A DNA stretch of 64,000 bases from an uncultured Methanosarcinaceae archaeon (GTDB taxonomy: Archaea; Halobacteriota; Methanosarcinia; Methanosarcinales; Methanosarcinaceae), in the NCBI GenBank assembly GCA_963721455.1, contig CAVRJG010000038.1:64001-128000 (forward strand). The letters run 5' to 3'. The notes beneath the pieces were generated by a model, which had not been told where the DNA came from, did no database searches, and saw only the letters and a list, made by a program, of their open reading frames with translations. This document shows positions 31,201 to 42,370 of the stretch, piece by piece. Both the position numbers and the translations under genes were made by a program. Positions within the stretch are counted from its first letter, which is position 1. Each line of letters starts with the position of its first letter.

Positions 31201-31713
31201 TCATGAAAACTCTTTAACCTCGGTAAAAATAAGGGCATGCGTTGGGCAGGCCTCGACGCAGGCAGGCAACTCCCTGCCCTGGCAAAGATCGCATTTTATT
31301 CCGGCTTCGGTTTGCCTGCTAATAACCCCACGATTGCAGGCCATAGAAGAGGTCCAGCAGCCTATAACCAGAATTAACTGATATAGAGAAGCAAAACGAG
31401 AGCAGACCATGGAACAGGTCCAGCAGTCTACGCAGCGTTCCGGGTTATGGGTTACAATGCTGGTAATTGAGTCCTGAGAAAGAGCCTTTGTGGGGCAAAC
31501 CGAAACACAGGGCGCATTTTCACAGTGGTGGCAGGTGATCGGAATTGAGAATTCAGTGCCGGGAATGTACTCCACAGAGATGCGTCTTTTTGGAGCCGGA
31601 TTTTCTCCTAAGGCCGAAAAGAGGTTCTTGCTCTTTGAATGTGCAACTGCACAGGCAATCTCACAGGATCGACAGCCCAGGCAGCGCTCGGGCCGGATCA
31701 TCACGTCTTTCAT
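31201..31713 (-). CDS. cooF: CooF-type 4Fe-4S electron transfer protein
   Basis: CLGCRSCEIAC, CHHCENAPCVSVCP, KCDLC...PACVEACP; directly downstream of cooS. Confidence 0.88.
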   Translation of the reverse strand: MKDVMIRPERCLGCRSCEIACAVAHSKSKNLFSALGENPAPKRRISVEYIPGTEFSIPITCHHCENAPCVSVCPTKALSQDSITSIVTHNPERCVDCWTCSMVCSRFASLYQLILVIGCWTSSMACNRGVISRQTEAGIKCDLCQGRELPACVEACPTHALIFTEVKEFS

Positions 31714-31719
31714 TGTAAA

Positions 31720-33603
31720 TCATCTCCCTGATTCCAGGCCCAGTGCCTTTCTTTTCCCGTCAATATGCTCAAGCATAAGATCTGCAGCTTTGAAGGGATC
31801 AGGCTCAACCGCAAAGCTTGCTCCGACTACGCTGTTTAAGTCTTTTGTCAGAAGGGCCGTAACTGCCCGGCTTCCCAGGACAGGCGGAACAGTTCCGAGC
31901 ACTGTAAACACGCCTGAGGAAACCACATAAGCCCCGATACTGACTGCTTTTTCACTCATCCATTCCGGAGCGGCTCCTGCTGCCGGGAGGTCGCTTATGT
32001 CCACACCCAGGCGGTTTGCAAGCGCTGACGAAAGCAGAAGGATGCGGCTGATATCTACGCAGGAACCCATGTGCAGGACCGGGGGTATGCCTAGAGCTTT
32101 ACAGACTGTTTTTAGCCCGTCGCCCGCAAGTTCGGAAGCTTCCGGCAAAAGCAGCCCTGCTTCGGCACAGGCAATCGCATTGCAGCCGGTTGTGACCACA
32201 AGCACATTGTTTTTGATCAGTTCTTTAACAAGGTTGACATGCCCGTAGTTATGCGTTACTTTTATGTTATTGCAGCCGACAACGGCACCTATTCCCCGAA
32301 CTGCCCCGCTTTTTATCGCCTCAATGAGAGGGTCAGGGCTTCCGCCAAGTGCACTGAGGATAGCTTCGACACTGAAACCGACCATGCACTCCTGCTTTTC
32401 TTCCGGGATATTTACTTTCTCCGGAATCCTGTTAGGAAAGTTTTCGACGGCTGCCCTAACAATTTCTTTTGCGGTTTCATAAGCCCTATCTTCATGGAAT
32501 TCCATTCTCACAGTATTGGGAAAATCGGCTTTTGGGGATGTGGATATAAACTTTGTGTGATAGCAACCGGTAAGTTCTCCAAGAGACGGCATGACGCACT
32601 GGACATCCACAACCATAGCTTCCACAGCTCCTGTAATTACTGCCAGTTCCTGCTGGAGGAAGTTTCCTGCTATGGGGGTCCCGTGCCGCATCAGGGTCTC
32701 GTTGCCAGTACAGCAGATCCCGGCAATATTTATTCCGATTGCACCCTTTTCCTGTGCAAGTTTAAGAAGCTCGGGATCTTCTGCAGCTTCCACGATCATT
32801 TCTGAGAGAATAGGTTCATGCCCGTGGACGATTACGTTTACCTTCTCCCTGGAAAGTACCCCCAGATTAACAGTGCTTCTTCTCGGCTGTGGGGTTCCGA
32901 AGAGTATGTCCTGGACATCTGTGGCAATCATCGAGCCTCCCCAGCCGTCCGAAAGCCCTGTGCGCAGTCCCTGCAGCAGGATATGGGTCGCATTGTTGTC
33001 CACACCCATATGGGTCCTGTGCATGCATTCTACGATTTCCCGGTCAATTCCCCTGGGCTCTATTCCAAGCTCGGTCCAGAGTTTGAGCCTTGGTCCGGGA
33101 GCCCGCCTGGTGCACAGGAGATGTCCTTCCTGTTTTCCAAATTCAAGAAGCAGTGCATCGGCTAGTTCGGCTGCCACTTCCTGGTGACTTTTTCCTTCTG
33201 CGGGAATCCCGTATTCCGATGCAAGGGATAACAGTTTCGTTTCGTCTCTTATCCTGTAACTCCCAGCTTCCCCTTCACTCATTTTCTTGAAGGTCAGCAC
33301 TGCATCTCTTGCATGATCGGAGTGAGCTGCTGCACCTGCGGCAATCGTCCTCAGGAGATTTCTTGCAACTATAATGTCTGCAGTAGCGCCACATATCCCC
33401 CTGTCAGCCCCTTCTCCGAAGGGATCTATCCTGCAGGGACCCATATTGCAATTCCGGCAGCAAACTCCTAGCTGCCCGAAACTGCATTGAGGCAGTTGTT
33501 TCTCATACCTGTCCCAGACGGTTTCAATGCCTTCTTCTTCGGCCTTCTGGAGCATTTTCTGGCTTGCAAGGTCAATGCTTTTCTCATATATTTCCGGTTT
33601 CAT
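31720..33603 (-). CDS. cooS: Monofunctional Ni-CO dehydrogenase CooS
   Basis: PQCSFG, CCRNCNMGPC, AAHSDH, HGHEP, GICCT, VDVQC, GCN, GSCVD, SEKA. Confidence 0.95.
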   Translation of the reverse strand: MKPEIYEKSIDLASQKMLQKAEEEGIETVWDRYEKQLPQCSFGQLGVCCRNCNMGPCRIDPFGEGADRGICGATADIIVARNLLRTIAAGAAAHSDHARDAVLTFKKMSEGEAGSYRIRDETKLLSLASEYGIPAEGKSHQEVAAELADALLLEFGKQEGHLLCTRRAPGPRLKLWTELGIEPRGIDREIVECMHRTHMGVDNNATHILLQGLRTGLSDGWGGSMIATDVQDILFGTPQPRRSTVNLGVLSREKVNVIVHGHEPILSEMIVEAAEDPELLKLAQEKGAIGINIAGICCTGNETLMRHGTPIAGNFLQQELAVITGAVEAMVVDVQCVMPSLGELTGCYHTKFISTSPKADFPNTVRMEFHEDRAYETAKEIVRAAVENFPNRIPEKVNIPEEKQECMVGFSVEAILSALGGSPDPLIEAIKSGAVRGIGAVVGCNNIKVTHNYGHVNLVKELIKNNVLVVTTGCNAIACAEAGLLLPEASELAGDGLKTVCKALGIPPVLHMGSCVDISRILLLSSALANRLGVDISDLPAAGAAPEWMSEKAVSIGAYVVSSGVFTVLGTVPPVLGSRAVTALLTKDLNSVVGASFAVEPDPFKAADLMLEHIDGKRKALGLESGR

Positions 33604-33968
33604 CTCATATCCCTCAATTTTTTTCTATTCCTTCTGGAACCATCTGAAATTTCGGTTCAAGCTCCCTGATTTGAAGAATGAATCCTGAAACCCGTGATCC
33701 TGAAGTAATTTTACCTGGCTGATTTTTAGTTCTTGATTTCCAGCCCTTCTAATCTTAAAATTGGCGAATCTCGAAAAAATCTTCAGAATTATCAGATTTT
33801 ATTATTTTATAAACTTTTTTAAAAAAGCTCCGGTTAAATTCAGAGCTTATTAAGTGATCAATAACTAAACTTTCTTGACACTAGTTCACTCTTTCTGTGT
33901 TTATTCCTCTCCCATTTTTTCTAAACTCGATGTAATCTCTCTCGACTTCATCGAGTTAGTATTCCATT

Positions 33969-34331
33969 TTATACCTCATTTTGTGGTTTCGTTATTTTCA
34001 AGTTGTGTTCTATTAAGTTGTGTTTCTTCGCTTCAATAAGTCTGACCGTAGCTCTTACCTTTCTTTCGATATCTTTTCTTTCGGCTGCCATTTTACTCTC
34101 CCCTTTTTCCAGAGTAAGGGGGTCTGGCGCAGGTTTCAGGACAACAGGTACTGATGTCGCACTTTCTTCTTCAGCCTGCACGGTCCCGGCCACTCCGCTG
34201 ACATCTGAGCTTACGGTTTCGCTTTCAAGCTCTGCTGAGATTGCTGGTGTTTCATCACGGATTCCACTGGTAAGGATTCCCAGAAAGAACGCAACTGCAA
34301 GTATAATACAGGCAATTTTTATTAAATCCAT
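33969..34331 (-). CDS. Hypothetical protein with N-terminal TM/signal segment
   Basis: Hydrophobic N-terminus, plausible SD agggaa. Confidence 0.55.
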   Translation of the reverse strand: MDLIKIACIILAVAFFLGILTSGIRDETPAISAELESETVSSDVSGVAGTVQAEEESATSVPVVLKPAPDPLTLEKGESKMAAERKDIERKVRATVRLIEAKKHNLIEHNLKITKPQNEV

Positions 34332-34952
34332 AAATTTCCCTGCTGTTCTGGCTTAAAGTTTCCATGTTTTTAAAGGACACTAACATATATTCTTAAATAA
34401 TTTCTCTGAATAATTATCTGAAGTATGATTTGATTTTTTCATTTTGATTACGTGTGAACTACTTAAGGAGTAGTTCACTTACTAAATAAGAAGCATTTAT
34501 TTACTAAAACTTTGAATTATTTTCAGTTCAATTTTCAGTTCAATTTTCAGTTCAATTTCTTGCTGCTCCGGGCCTTCCTGATAACGTGAGATTCTTAAAA
34601 ATTGCTAGGGATAGAATGATGTCTGACCACTATAACCTTGTCTCCTGGAATGTAAACGGCCTTCGGGCAGTCGTAAAAAAAGGCTTTCTTGATCTCTTAC
34701 TTGAACTATAAGTTTGATGTTATCTGCATCCAGGAAACTAAAGCATCCAGTGACAAACTTCCGAGAGAGGTCAAAAATATTCCTGGTTATTATACTTATT
34801 TTGTGTCAGCAGAGCAGAATGGTTACAGTGGAGTGGGAGTTTTTTCAAAGAAAAAACCGTTGAATGTTGAAACAGGCATGGGAATAGAGAAATTTGACAG
34901 AGAAGGACGCTTCCTCAGAGTCGATTACGATGATTTTATTCTAATGAATATT

Positions 34953-36397
34953 CATGCGTCATCGGTTAAGCGTTAGGCAATCACTTCTGTATGCGTTTTT
35001 ATAATAATAATCTGAATATTAATGCATATATGTCTCCTCCTCCCCCACCGACTCTTGAAGACTCTCTTCGGGAAATGTTTCCCGAAGAGTGGTTAAGACA
35101 AACTGCTAAAGAAACTGGTCTTATAGTACGTGAACGTAAAATTGACCCTGTCATCATCTTTTGGGTTTTAACTCTCAGTTTTGGTGTACGTTTGCAGCGT
35201 ACACTTGCCAGTTTGAAAAGAGAATATGAAAAAGAAGCAAATCACACCCTAAGCGACAGCAGCTGGTACTATAGATTCACTCCAGAACTTGTGGAGTTTC
35301 TTCATCAGTGTGTTATTCATGGCATAGAAGAACTTGCAAAAGAACCTGGTAGAAAACTTAGTAAAAAACTCGAAAATTTCCAGGATGTTCTAATTCAGGA
35401 CAGCACAATCGTTCGTCTTCACTCCTCTTTAGCAGACAAGTTTCCGGCAGCAAGAGCAAGAAATGTAGCTGCTGGAATAAAAGTGGGAGTTATGGTAAGT
35501 GCAGTTGCTAATGGACCTAAAACCGTTGCTTTGTACTCTGAAAAAACAGCTGAGATAAAAACATTGAAAATAGGTCCCTGGATCAAGGACCGTATTCTTC
35601 TTGTTGATCTTGGTTTTTACAAAAATCAAATGTTTTCAAGAGTTGGGGAATACGGGGGATATTTTGTCTCAAGGATTAAGAAGAATATGGATCCTATTCT
35701 TGTTTCTGTTGAAGAGGGACTTTCTAAGACAAAAAGCAAAGAGTTCGCCGGAAAACCTGTTAGTGAGTGTATTAAACAACTTTCCGGAAAAGATCTTGAT
35801 GCTGTTGTGAAGATAAAGTTTAAAAGAAGAGTATATAATGGCAAGCAAAAACAGGATGAGATGAAAGTACGTCTTGTTGCGGTATACAATGATGATGACG
35901 AAAAGCACCACATATATATCACAAATATTCCGAAAGATGTTTTGAATGCAAAAGACATTGCAAAATTATATGGGGCAAGATGGGATATAGAGCTACTTTT
36001 CAAGGAATTAAAAAGCAAATACGCGCTTGACGTTCTGGATACAAAGAATGAACAGGTAATTGAAGCTCTAATCTGGACAGCAATGTTGACATTAATCATT
36101 AGCAGAAGAATTTATTCTCTTGTAAAGAGCAATACTGCTCATCCTGAGAAAATGGTTCGATATACTCAAGAGAGATGGAGCATAATATTTGCTGAAAACG
36201 CATCAAATTTATTGACAGTGATTCTACATAGATGTGGAATTGAAAGAACTTTTGAAACGATAATGAGTGTATACGAAAGTCAAGCATTGGATCCACATGT
36301 AAACAGAGAAAGGTTCAGAGAAGAATGGTTTGAATGAAACGGTGAAATGAAAAACACTATTGAAAGAAGGAAGTAAGTTCTTAACCGATGACCAATG
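34953..36397 (+). mobile_element. 1445-bp IS4-family (ISH8-group) insertion sequence
   Basis: TIRs catgcgtcatcggttaag / cttaaccgatgaccaatg (16/18 match); 10-bp TSD aatgaatatt at 34943-34952 and 36398-36407. Confidence 0.93.
34991..36337 (+). CDS. IS4-family DDE transposase, intact (start perhaps 35030)
   Basis: IQDST, VDLGF, Y-G-A-R-W-D-I-E-L-L-F-K (YREK signature). Confidence 0.93.
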   Translation: MRFYNNNLNINAYMSPPPPPTLEDSLREMFPEEWLRQTAKETGLIVRERKIDPVIIFWVLTLSFGVRLQRTLASLKREYEKEANHTLSDSSWYYRFTPELVEFLHQCVIHGIEELAKEPGRKLSKKLENFQDVLIQDSTIVRLHSSLADKFPAARARNVAAGIKVGVMVSAVANGPKTVALYSEKTAEIKTLKIGPWIKDRILLVDLGFYKNQMFSRVGEYGGYFVSRIKKNMDPILVSVEEGLSKTKSKEFAGKPVSECIKQLSGKDLDAVVKIKFKRRVYNGKQKQDEMKVRLVAVYNDDDEKHHIYITNIPKDVLNAKDIAKLYGARWDIELLFKELKSKYALDVLDTKNEQVIEALIWTAMLTLIISRRIYSLVKSNTAHPEKMVRYTQERWSIIFAENASNLLTVILHRCGIERTFETIMSVYESQALDPHVNRERFREEWFE

Positions 36398-36895
36398 AAT
36401 GAATATTTACTTCCCTAACGGCAAAGCCTCTCAGGAGCGCCTGGGATATAAAATGGACTTTTACGACGCCTTTTTCGACTACGCAAACGCCCTCCGAGCC
36501 GAAGGAAAAAAGCTTGTCATCTGCGGGGACGTGAACACTGCCCATAAGGAAATCGACCTCGCCCGCCCCAGAGAAAATGAGACTATCTCAGGTTATCTCC
36601 CGGAAGAAAGAGCCTGGATGGACAGGTTCCTTGCTGCCGGATATATTGACACTTTCCGTATGTTCAACAGTGAAGCCGGCAACTATTCCTGGTGGTCAAT
36701 GAGGACCCGGGCTCGCGAAAGAAACGTTGGCTGGCGGCTGGATTACTTCTTCGTCAGTGAAAACCTTCGAGATAACGTGAAATCTGCCCCGATTTACCCC
36801 GAAATTACAGGCTCTGATCACTGCCCTGTAGGGCTTGAACTTGAATTTTAGGTCTGACGGTTACTTAAAGGCGTTATTCTTTTTGAAAAATCGAT

Positions 36896-36955
36896 AAGTC
36901 CGCTTGAGCGAGCGAAGTGAGTGAAACGGACAGCGTACTGCAGAGTCGCAACTCT
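36896..36955. repeat. Dispersed REP-like hairpin repeat, copy 5 (partial, reverse orientation)
   Basis: agtccgcttgagcgagcgaagtgagtgaaacggac, then cagagtcgcaactctg. Confidence 0.75.
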
Positions 36956-37080
36956 GCTGTGAATGAAGAGTTTTAAGCCTTGCAGTCTCAATTAAATCCT
37001 GAAAATCTTTTCTTTTATGCAACCATTTCTTCTGTAAAGGCTTTCTGCATAAGGGCGTCGAAACGATAGCAGGAAAAATG

Positions 37081-37673
37081 TTATTTTCTTGAAGACATCT
37101 GCGGAAGGTCGGGTATTAAGGCGGCTATGCGGCCTTTATTCCAATAATCGTGCCAGTAGTATCCTGTTTTCTTAGTCACTCCAACTTTAATAGCAGCTTC
37201 TTCGACAGAGTCTCCCAAATATCTAAATTTAACAAAATAGAGCCTACTTTCGGCAGGTCGACATTAAAAATTAGAATATTTTTCTTGATGCCGTTTTTGA
37301 ACATTCACTAACTATAGATTAGGTTTAAAGCTGGTTAACAGGTGGCTCAACTCCCACAGCATATATAAATACTAAATCATTTTTTCATTAAAGTTTAGTA
37401 TGAGAAATTAATAATTGGTCATATGTAAACCTATCAATTACACACAAGTAAGGAGCATTATTTCAAAATCGCCATCAGTAAAATTATCAAAAATTAAACG
37501 TCGACCTGCCGAAAGTAGGATAGAGCCTTTTCAGTACTCTTGAATTGTTTTCGTGTTTGATTAAAACGTTGATCTCAGCGAGAGTTACATTTCGATCAAT
37601 AGGAATTTGTTCCTTCCCCACCATAAAAGAATATAAGCGTTAATACGTGTAATAAGTTGCGTTGGGAACTATA
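37081..37673 (-). mobile_element. Truncated IS630-like element (end plus N-terminal HTH ORF) interrupted by a MITE
   Basis: Removing 37243-37525 restores MVGKEQIPIDRNVTLAEINVLIKHENNSRVLKRLYFVKFRYLGDSVEEAAIKVGVTKKTGYYW (ATG at 37624); end sequence tatagttcccaacgcaactta. Confidence 0.7.
37243..37519. mobile_element. 277-bp MITE (IS1634-like ends)
   Basis: Perfect 20-bp TIR cctactttcggcaggtcgac; 6-bp TSD atagag at 37237-37242 and 37520-37525. Confidence 0.92.
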
Positions 37674-38017
37674 GTTACAGGTTAAAAGATTTAATAAAAT
37701 CAGTTAAAGGATTAAGAATATTCAACTTTGATTAATTATATGATTCACCTGGATTCATAAAAAAATAAGTGTAGTTGCTAACTCGCAAGGAAATAAAATC
37801 ACATAGACATCTTTTCAAGAAAAAAGGACTTCCCCAAATTTGTCCTTAATGTCTGAAAAGATGGCTATAAACATTATTTTTGTTGCTTTCATACCGAATT
37901 ATTAAATTTATATTATTTTTTCCAAAAACCTCAGAGCTTGGTTCACTCTACAGATGCATATTTGGGGATTTTTTGTTTTTCTGCAATCCAATCATCCTGA
38001 AGAAGAGTCTCTCGCCT

Positions 38018-38668
38018 TCAAATCCCTAACATTTCGATTAATTCTTTCGCCCACTTCAGCTTCTTTTTCTTAACTAGGTTCACTCTCGAATCATCACAAT
38101 CAAATCCAGCAAGTCTGACGCTCTTAGCCCGGAACTCCTTTGCAACAAAAACGCATCGGTCTCCGTCACTAAATCCTCCAAAATTGTAGACCTTATCAAA
38201 GGGCTTTGCCTGGGTAGTTGCAATAAAACTTTTGAAACGCGGCACGTATTTTTCTAGCTTATCAATGTTGTCCCCGTGAGCGTGAATCAGGACTATTGAG
38301 CCCTGTTCGCAGGCAAGGATCTCTTTTTCAATGTCAGCGTCGGAATTGCCGTCGAGGTCGGTACAGATGACTTCAGGCACTATGCCCATATCCATGAGGA
38401 CCGCGGCTGCTCCGTCGGCTGCAATTACCGTAAAGGCAGAAAAATCGATTTCCGAAAGGTCGTTCCTGAGTTTTGGAGCATTTCCGCATACCAGGACACA
38501 CTTTCCGGAAATTACGGTTTTAAGTTCGGACAGGCTGATAGTGTTTTTCTCTGTCAGCATATGGGAAAGGAACAAAGCTGCCTCTTCATCACCTGCGCGG
38601 TCGAATCCGAAATCTTCAAGGATTCGTTCGTAAATCGGCTCCCATGCAGCAAAATCCATATGAATCAC
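38018..38668 (-). CDS. mptE: 6-hydroxymethyl-7,8-dihydropterin pyrophosphokinase MptE (DUF115)
   Basis: WEPIYERI, AADGA, TDLDG, HAHGDN, NFGGFSDGDR, KKKKLKWA. Confidence 0.9.
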   Translation of the reverse strand: MIHMDFAAWEPIYERILEDFGFDRAGDEEAALFLSHMLTEKNTISLSELKTVISGKCVLVCGNAPKLRNDLSEIDFSAFTVIAADGAAAVLMDMGIVPEVICTDLDGNSDADIEKEILACEQGSIVLIHAHGDNIDKLEKYVPRFKSFIATTQAKPFDKVYNFGGFSDGDRCVFVAKEFRAKSVRLAGFDCDDSRVNLVKKKKLKWAKELIEMLGI

Positions 38669-38744
38669 TTCCTTTCCTATTTTTCAATTTTAAGCTTCTA
38701 TTTTCTTATTAAGTTACTTTTTAGAGCTTATTTCTCATTGGAGT

Positions 38745-41700
38745 TTATTTCTTTGCGATGCCAATCTTCATGGCAATGCCTTCAACATCCCAGTCCTTTA
38801 CAAGGGCTCCGGAAACATCGATATCACTGCCGAGGTCAAAGGTACCGGCTCTTACCTCTTCTGCGATAAGGTCCTTCAGGGTTTCAACGAGCTTCAAGAC
38901 CCTTTCGTCTTCGATCCGGACAGAAGCGCGGATATTTTCGTCCACCACAAGGTCAAGTTCCTTTCGCATGTCCTGAAGCCTGCGAATTACTTCCCTTGAA
39001 TACCCTTCGGCTTCCAGTTCAGGAGTCAGGTTTGCATCCACATAGACAAGGCCTGCGTCGGATTCTGCGCTTGCCGTACCTTCCGGCAGGGTTTCTTTGA
39101 AATTTGCCATGCCTGGAGTTACTGTAACAGTTGTCCCGTCTGCAAGGGAGAGTACAAACTCGCTGGAGTCTGCAAAGGCCTTTTTCAGGGCAATGCCGTC
39201 AACTTTCTTCAGGGCAGGGATAACGTTTCCTGCTTCCTTCTTGAAGACAGGGCCTATTTTTCCCGCGTCAGGGATTACTTCAAGCCCGAGTTCGTCCCAG
39301 CTCTTACCTGCGCCTGTCAGGACAATCGCCTTTGAATTGGTCTGGTCCATAAGGACTGAGCGTAGCCTCTCGACAGCCTTCGCCACATCCTCATTTTCAG
39401 GAGTGACAATTATTCTGGATATGGGCCATCTGAGCTTTCTTCCTGCTTTCTGACGGGCGTTTGAGGCGGCTTCCACGATGGAGCGGACAGTATCCATGGC
39501 TGCTTCAAGCTCAGGGTCTAGGTAAGCATTATTGACCCTGGGCCAGTCGCACATATGGACCGAATCAGCCGCATTCGGGTCTACGTTTCGGATCAGGTTC
39601 TGGTACATCTCTTCAGCCAGGTAGGGCATGAAAGGAGAGATCAGTTTTGTGAGGGTCACGTAGACCTCGTAAAGCACGCAATAAGCTGCAAGCTTGTCAG
39701 GGTCGTCAGCTTCGGTCCAGGTTCTCGGGCGGATAAGCTGGATATACCAGCGGGAGAGGTCTTCAAGCGTAAACTCCAGGATCTCGCGGACTGCTTTATG
39801 CAGCAGGTACCCGCTCATTGCTTCGTCTACGGCTTTGACAACGGATTGGGCTCTTGAGAGAATCCACCTGTCTTCCTCACGGAGGGCGTCTTTTACCGAA
39901 TCCAGGCTAACCTTCATCGGGTCAAAATTGTCGAGCGCCATATAGGGCAGCGGGAACCTGAAGACGTTCCAGAGGATATTGATTGAGCGGTGGACGGTTT
40001 CAACTTCTTCCAGGTTGAATTTCAGGTCTTCCCAGGGCGCGCTTGAGGAAAGCACATAGGCACGCAGGGTATCGGCCCCGAACCTGTCTATAATATCAAG
40101 AGGGGAAACCACGTTTCCAAGGCTCTTGGACATCTTCTTTCCACCTGCGTCAAGAGTAAAGCCGTGCATGAGCACACTCTTATAAGGAGCCCGGCCGAAG
40201 CCGACCATGCTTGCCCCGAGCTGCGAATAGAACCAGCCGCGAGTCTGATCGTGCCCCTCGGTAATGAAATCAGCTGGCCACCATTCATCGAACTGTTCCC
40301 TGGTCTGCGGGAATTTCAGGGTTGCCCAGGAAGCGACAGCCGAATCAAACCAGACATCAAAAACGTCTTCAACACGCTTTTTCTCTCCGCCGCACTCGCA
40401 TGGGATCATGACTTTGTCTACATAGGGACGGTGAAGTTCGATATCGCTGCTTGCTCCGGATTTTTCCAGCATTTCGGCTTTTGTCCCTATTACCTCAAGC
40501 TTTCCGCACTTCTTGCACTTCCAGACCGGAATCGGGATCCCCCAGTAGCGCTGCCTGGAAATGCACCAGTCCCGAGCGCCTTCGACCCAGGTTCTGAATC
40601 TGGCTGAACCTGCCCACTCAGGGTACCAGTCCACGGCATCGATTTCCTCAAGCATTTTAGCCTTTATCTCGGTAATTTTAAGGAACCACTGTTCGGTTGC
40701 AAGGTAGATGATAGGAGTTTTGCAGCGCCAGCAGTGCCCGTACCTGTGCGTGACAGTCCCTTCTGCAAGAAGCCTGTTGCGTTCCCTGAGGTCTTCAATG
40801 ACAATAGGGTTTGCTTCCCTGACGTTCTTGCCCTCGTATTCCCCGGCTTCGTCAGTATAGGAACCGTTCGGGCCCACAGGGCAAAGAATCGGAAGTTTAT
40901 ACTTCACACCAAGGTTAAAGTCGTCCGTACCGTGCCCTGGTGCGATGTGTACACAGCCCGTATTTTCTACGGTTACGAAATCTGCAAGGTAAACGCCGTG
41001 CTTTATACTGTTCTGCACAGGCACTAAATCCCCTACAGGGCTTTCATACTCAAGCTTTGTAAGGTCTTCCCCGAGCATTGTCTCAAGCACTTCATGGTCA
41101 ACATACCTGCCCTGTTTGAGGACATTTTTGATCAGGTCTGTGGCTGCAATGAGGATTTCTTCCGAGCCATCCTGCCTGATTGCCCTGAATTTCGAGTATT
41201 CGAAACCCGGATGTACAGCTACAGCCACGTTTGCAGGAATTGTCCAGGGGGTTGTTGTCCAGATCACGATGAAGGTATTTTCTTCACCTTTGACCTTAAA
41301 CTTTACATAGATCGAAGGATCAATCCGCTCGGCATATTCAACTTCGGAATCTGCAATTGCAGTCTCACAGCGCGGGCACCAGTTAACTGAACGCTTGCCC
41401 ACATCCAGGAGGTTTTTCTCTTGAGCTTGCTTGAGGGTCCACCAGGCAGCTTCGATATAGTCGTCTTTTAAGGTCATGTAGGGGTCTGACCACTGCAGCC
41501 AGACTCCAAGCCTCTGAAACTGCTCGGTCATTGCCTGTTTCTGGGTGATGGCAAATTCCTTACACTTTTCAATAAAGTTCTCTACCCCAAAGCTCTCAAT
41601 ATCCTTCTTGGACTTGAAGCCGAGCAAACCTTCGACCTTGACCTCGATCGGCAGTCCGTGCATATCCCAGCCCGGGCGTTCGAGGATGTTGCGGTTATTC

Positions 41701-41921
41701 ATGGAGTAATAGCGGAGAATGGAATCTTTGATGATCTTGTTCCAGGCAGTTCCCAGATGGATGTGTCCGGTCGTATACGGGGGTCCGTCAACAAAAAAAA
41801 GCCTTTTTCCGGTCTTGCGGTGCTCCCGAGTTTTTCGATAAGCATCGCTGTCTTCCCAGAACTGCGTTACTTTTTTCTCAATTTGTTCTGCATCGTACTT
41901 GGCAGTGATTTCTTTTATCAT
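38745..41921 (-). CDS. ileS: Isoleucine--tRNA ligase
   Basis: [41 protein letters not shown]. Confidence 0.97.
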   Translation of the reverse strand: MIKEITAKYDAEQIEKKVTQFWEDSDAYRKTREHRKTGKRLFFVDGPPYTTGHIHLGTAWNKIIKDSILRYYSMNNRNILERPGWDMHGLPIEVKVEGLLGFKSKKDIESFGVENFIEKCKEFAITQKQAMTEQFQRLGVWLQWSDPYMTLKDDYIEAAWWTLKQAQEKNLLDVGKRSVNWCPRCETAIADSEVEYAERIDPSIYVKFKVKGEENTFIVIWTTTPWTIPANVAVAVHPGFEYSKFRAIRQDGSEEILIAATDLIKNVLKQGRYVDHEVLETMLGEDLTKLEYESPVGDLVPVQNSIKHGVYLADFVTVENTGCVHIAPGHGTDDFNLGVKYKLPILCPVGPNGSYTDEAGEYEGKNVREANPIVIEDLRERNRLLAEGTVTHRYGHCWRCKTPIIYLATEQWFLKITEIKAKMLEEIDAVDWYPEWAGSARFRTWVEGARDWCISRQRYWGIPIPVWKCKKCGKLEVIGTKAEMLEKSGASSDIELHRPYVDKVMIPCECGGEKKRVEDVFDVWFDSAVASWATLKFPQTREQFDEWWPADFITEGHDQTRGWFYSQLGASMVGFGRAPYKSVLMHGFTLDAGGKKMSKSLGNVVSPLDIIDRFGADTLRAYVLSSSAPWEDLKFNLEEVETVHRSINILWNVFRFPLPYMALDNFDPMKVSLDSVKDALREEDRWILSRAQSVVKAVDEAMSGYLLHKAVREILEFTLEDLSRWYIQLIRPRTWTEADDPDKLAAYCVLYEVYVTLTKLISPFMPYLAEEMYQNLIRNVDPNAADSVHMCDWPRVNNAYLDPELEAAMDTVRSIVEAASNARQKAGRKLRWPISRIIVTPENEDVAKAVERLRSVLMDQTNSKAIVLTGAGKSWDELGLEVIPDAGKIGPVFKKEAGNVIPALKKVDGIALKKAFADSSEFVLSLADGTTVTVTPGMANFKETLPEGTASAESDAGLVYVDANLTPELEAEGYSREVIRRLQDMRKELDLVVDENIRASVRIEDERVLKLVETLKDLIAEEVRAGTFDLGSDIDVSGALVKDWDVEGIAMKIGIAKK

Positions 41922-42370
41922 ATGGGGCTCTCCCTGATGAAGGATTAGCTAAAGTGAAAATACAGCCAGTGCAGGTTCTATCCTGCATCTGCCCGGTAAT
42001 TACTGATAATAAACTGCTAACCAGTAAATAATTGACAAAATCTACTACCTTGACAAAATTTACTACCGGCCGCTTATATATATGAAATTTCAAACAAGTA
42101 TCTGACGAACACAATACCCGTATCATGGAAGGCAAGCCTTTACCTGTCCGAAAGAGAAACGGATCTTCCGCACGCCAATCAATTTATCCAGTAATTACTG
42201 TACTTAATTTAAGCTTTGTTATAACGAAGACAGAAAAACCATGCTTTTGTTTTTTTTCAGGTACCTTTTAACGTTGTTTCAAGGACTTATCAGAAATTCA
42301 AGATAGCAAATCCTGTGAGGAAAACAAGAAAAATAAAAAATAGTCAATTCGATAAATTCTTTAACCACCC

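Larger units (their letters stand above)
34616..36851 (+). pseudogene. xth: Exodeoxyribonuclease III (xth), split by an IS and with a +1 frameshift near 34706
   Basis: SWNVNGLRA in one frame, then ICIQETK, GYSGV and DREGR in another; after the IS: NIYFPNG, CGDVN, RLDYF, SDHCP. Confidence 0.92.

Noticed and set aside
27043-33187. Long antisense ORFs opposite pmbA, cooS and similar genes
   Set aside because: Shadow frames of well-supported genes on the other strand
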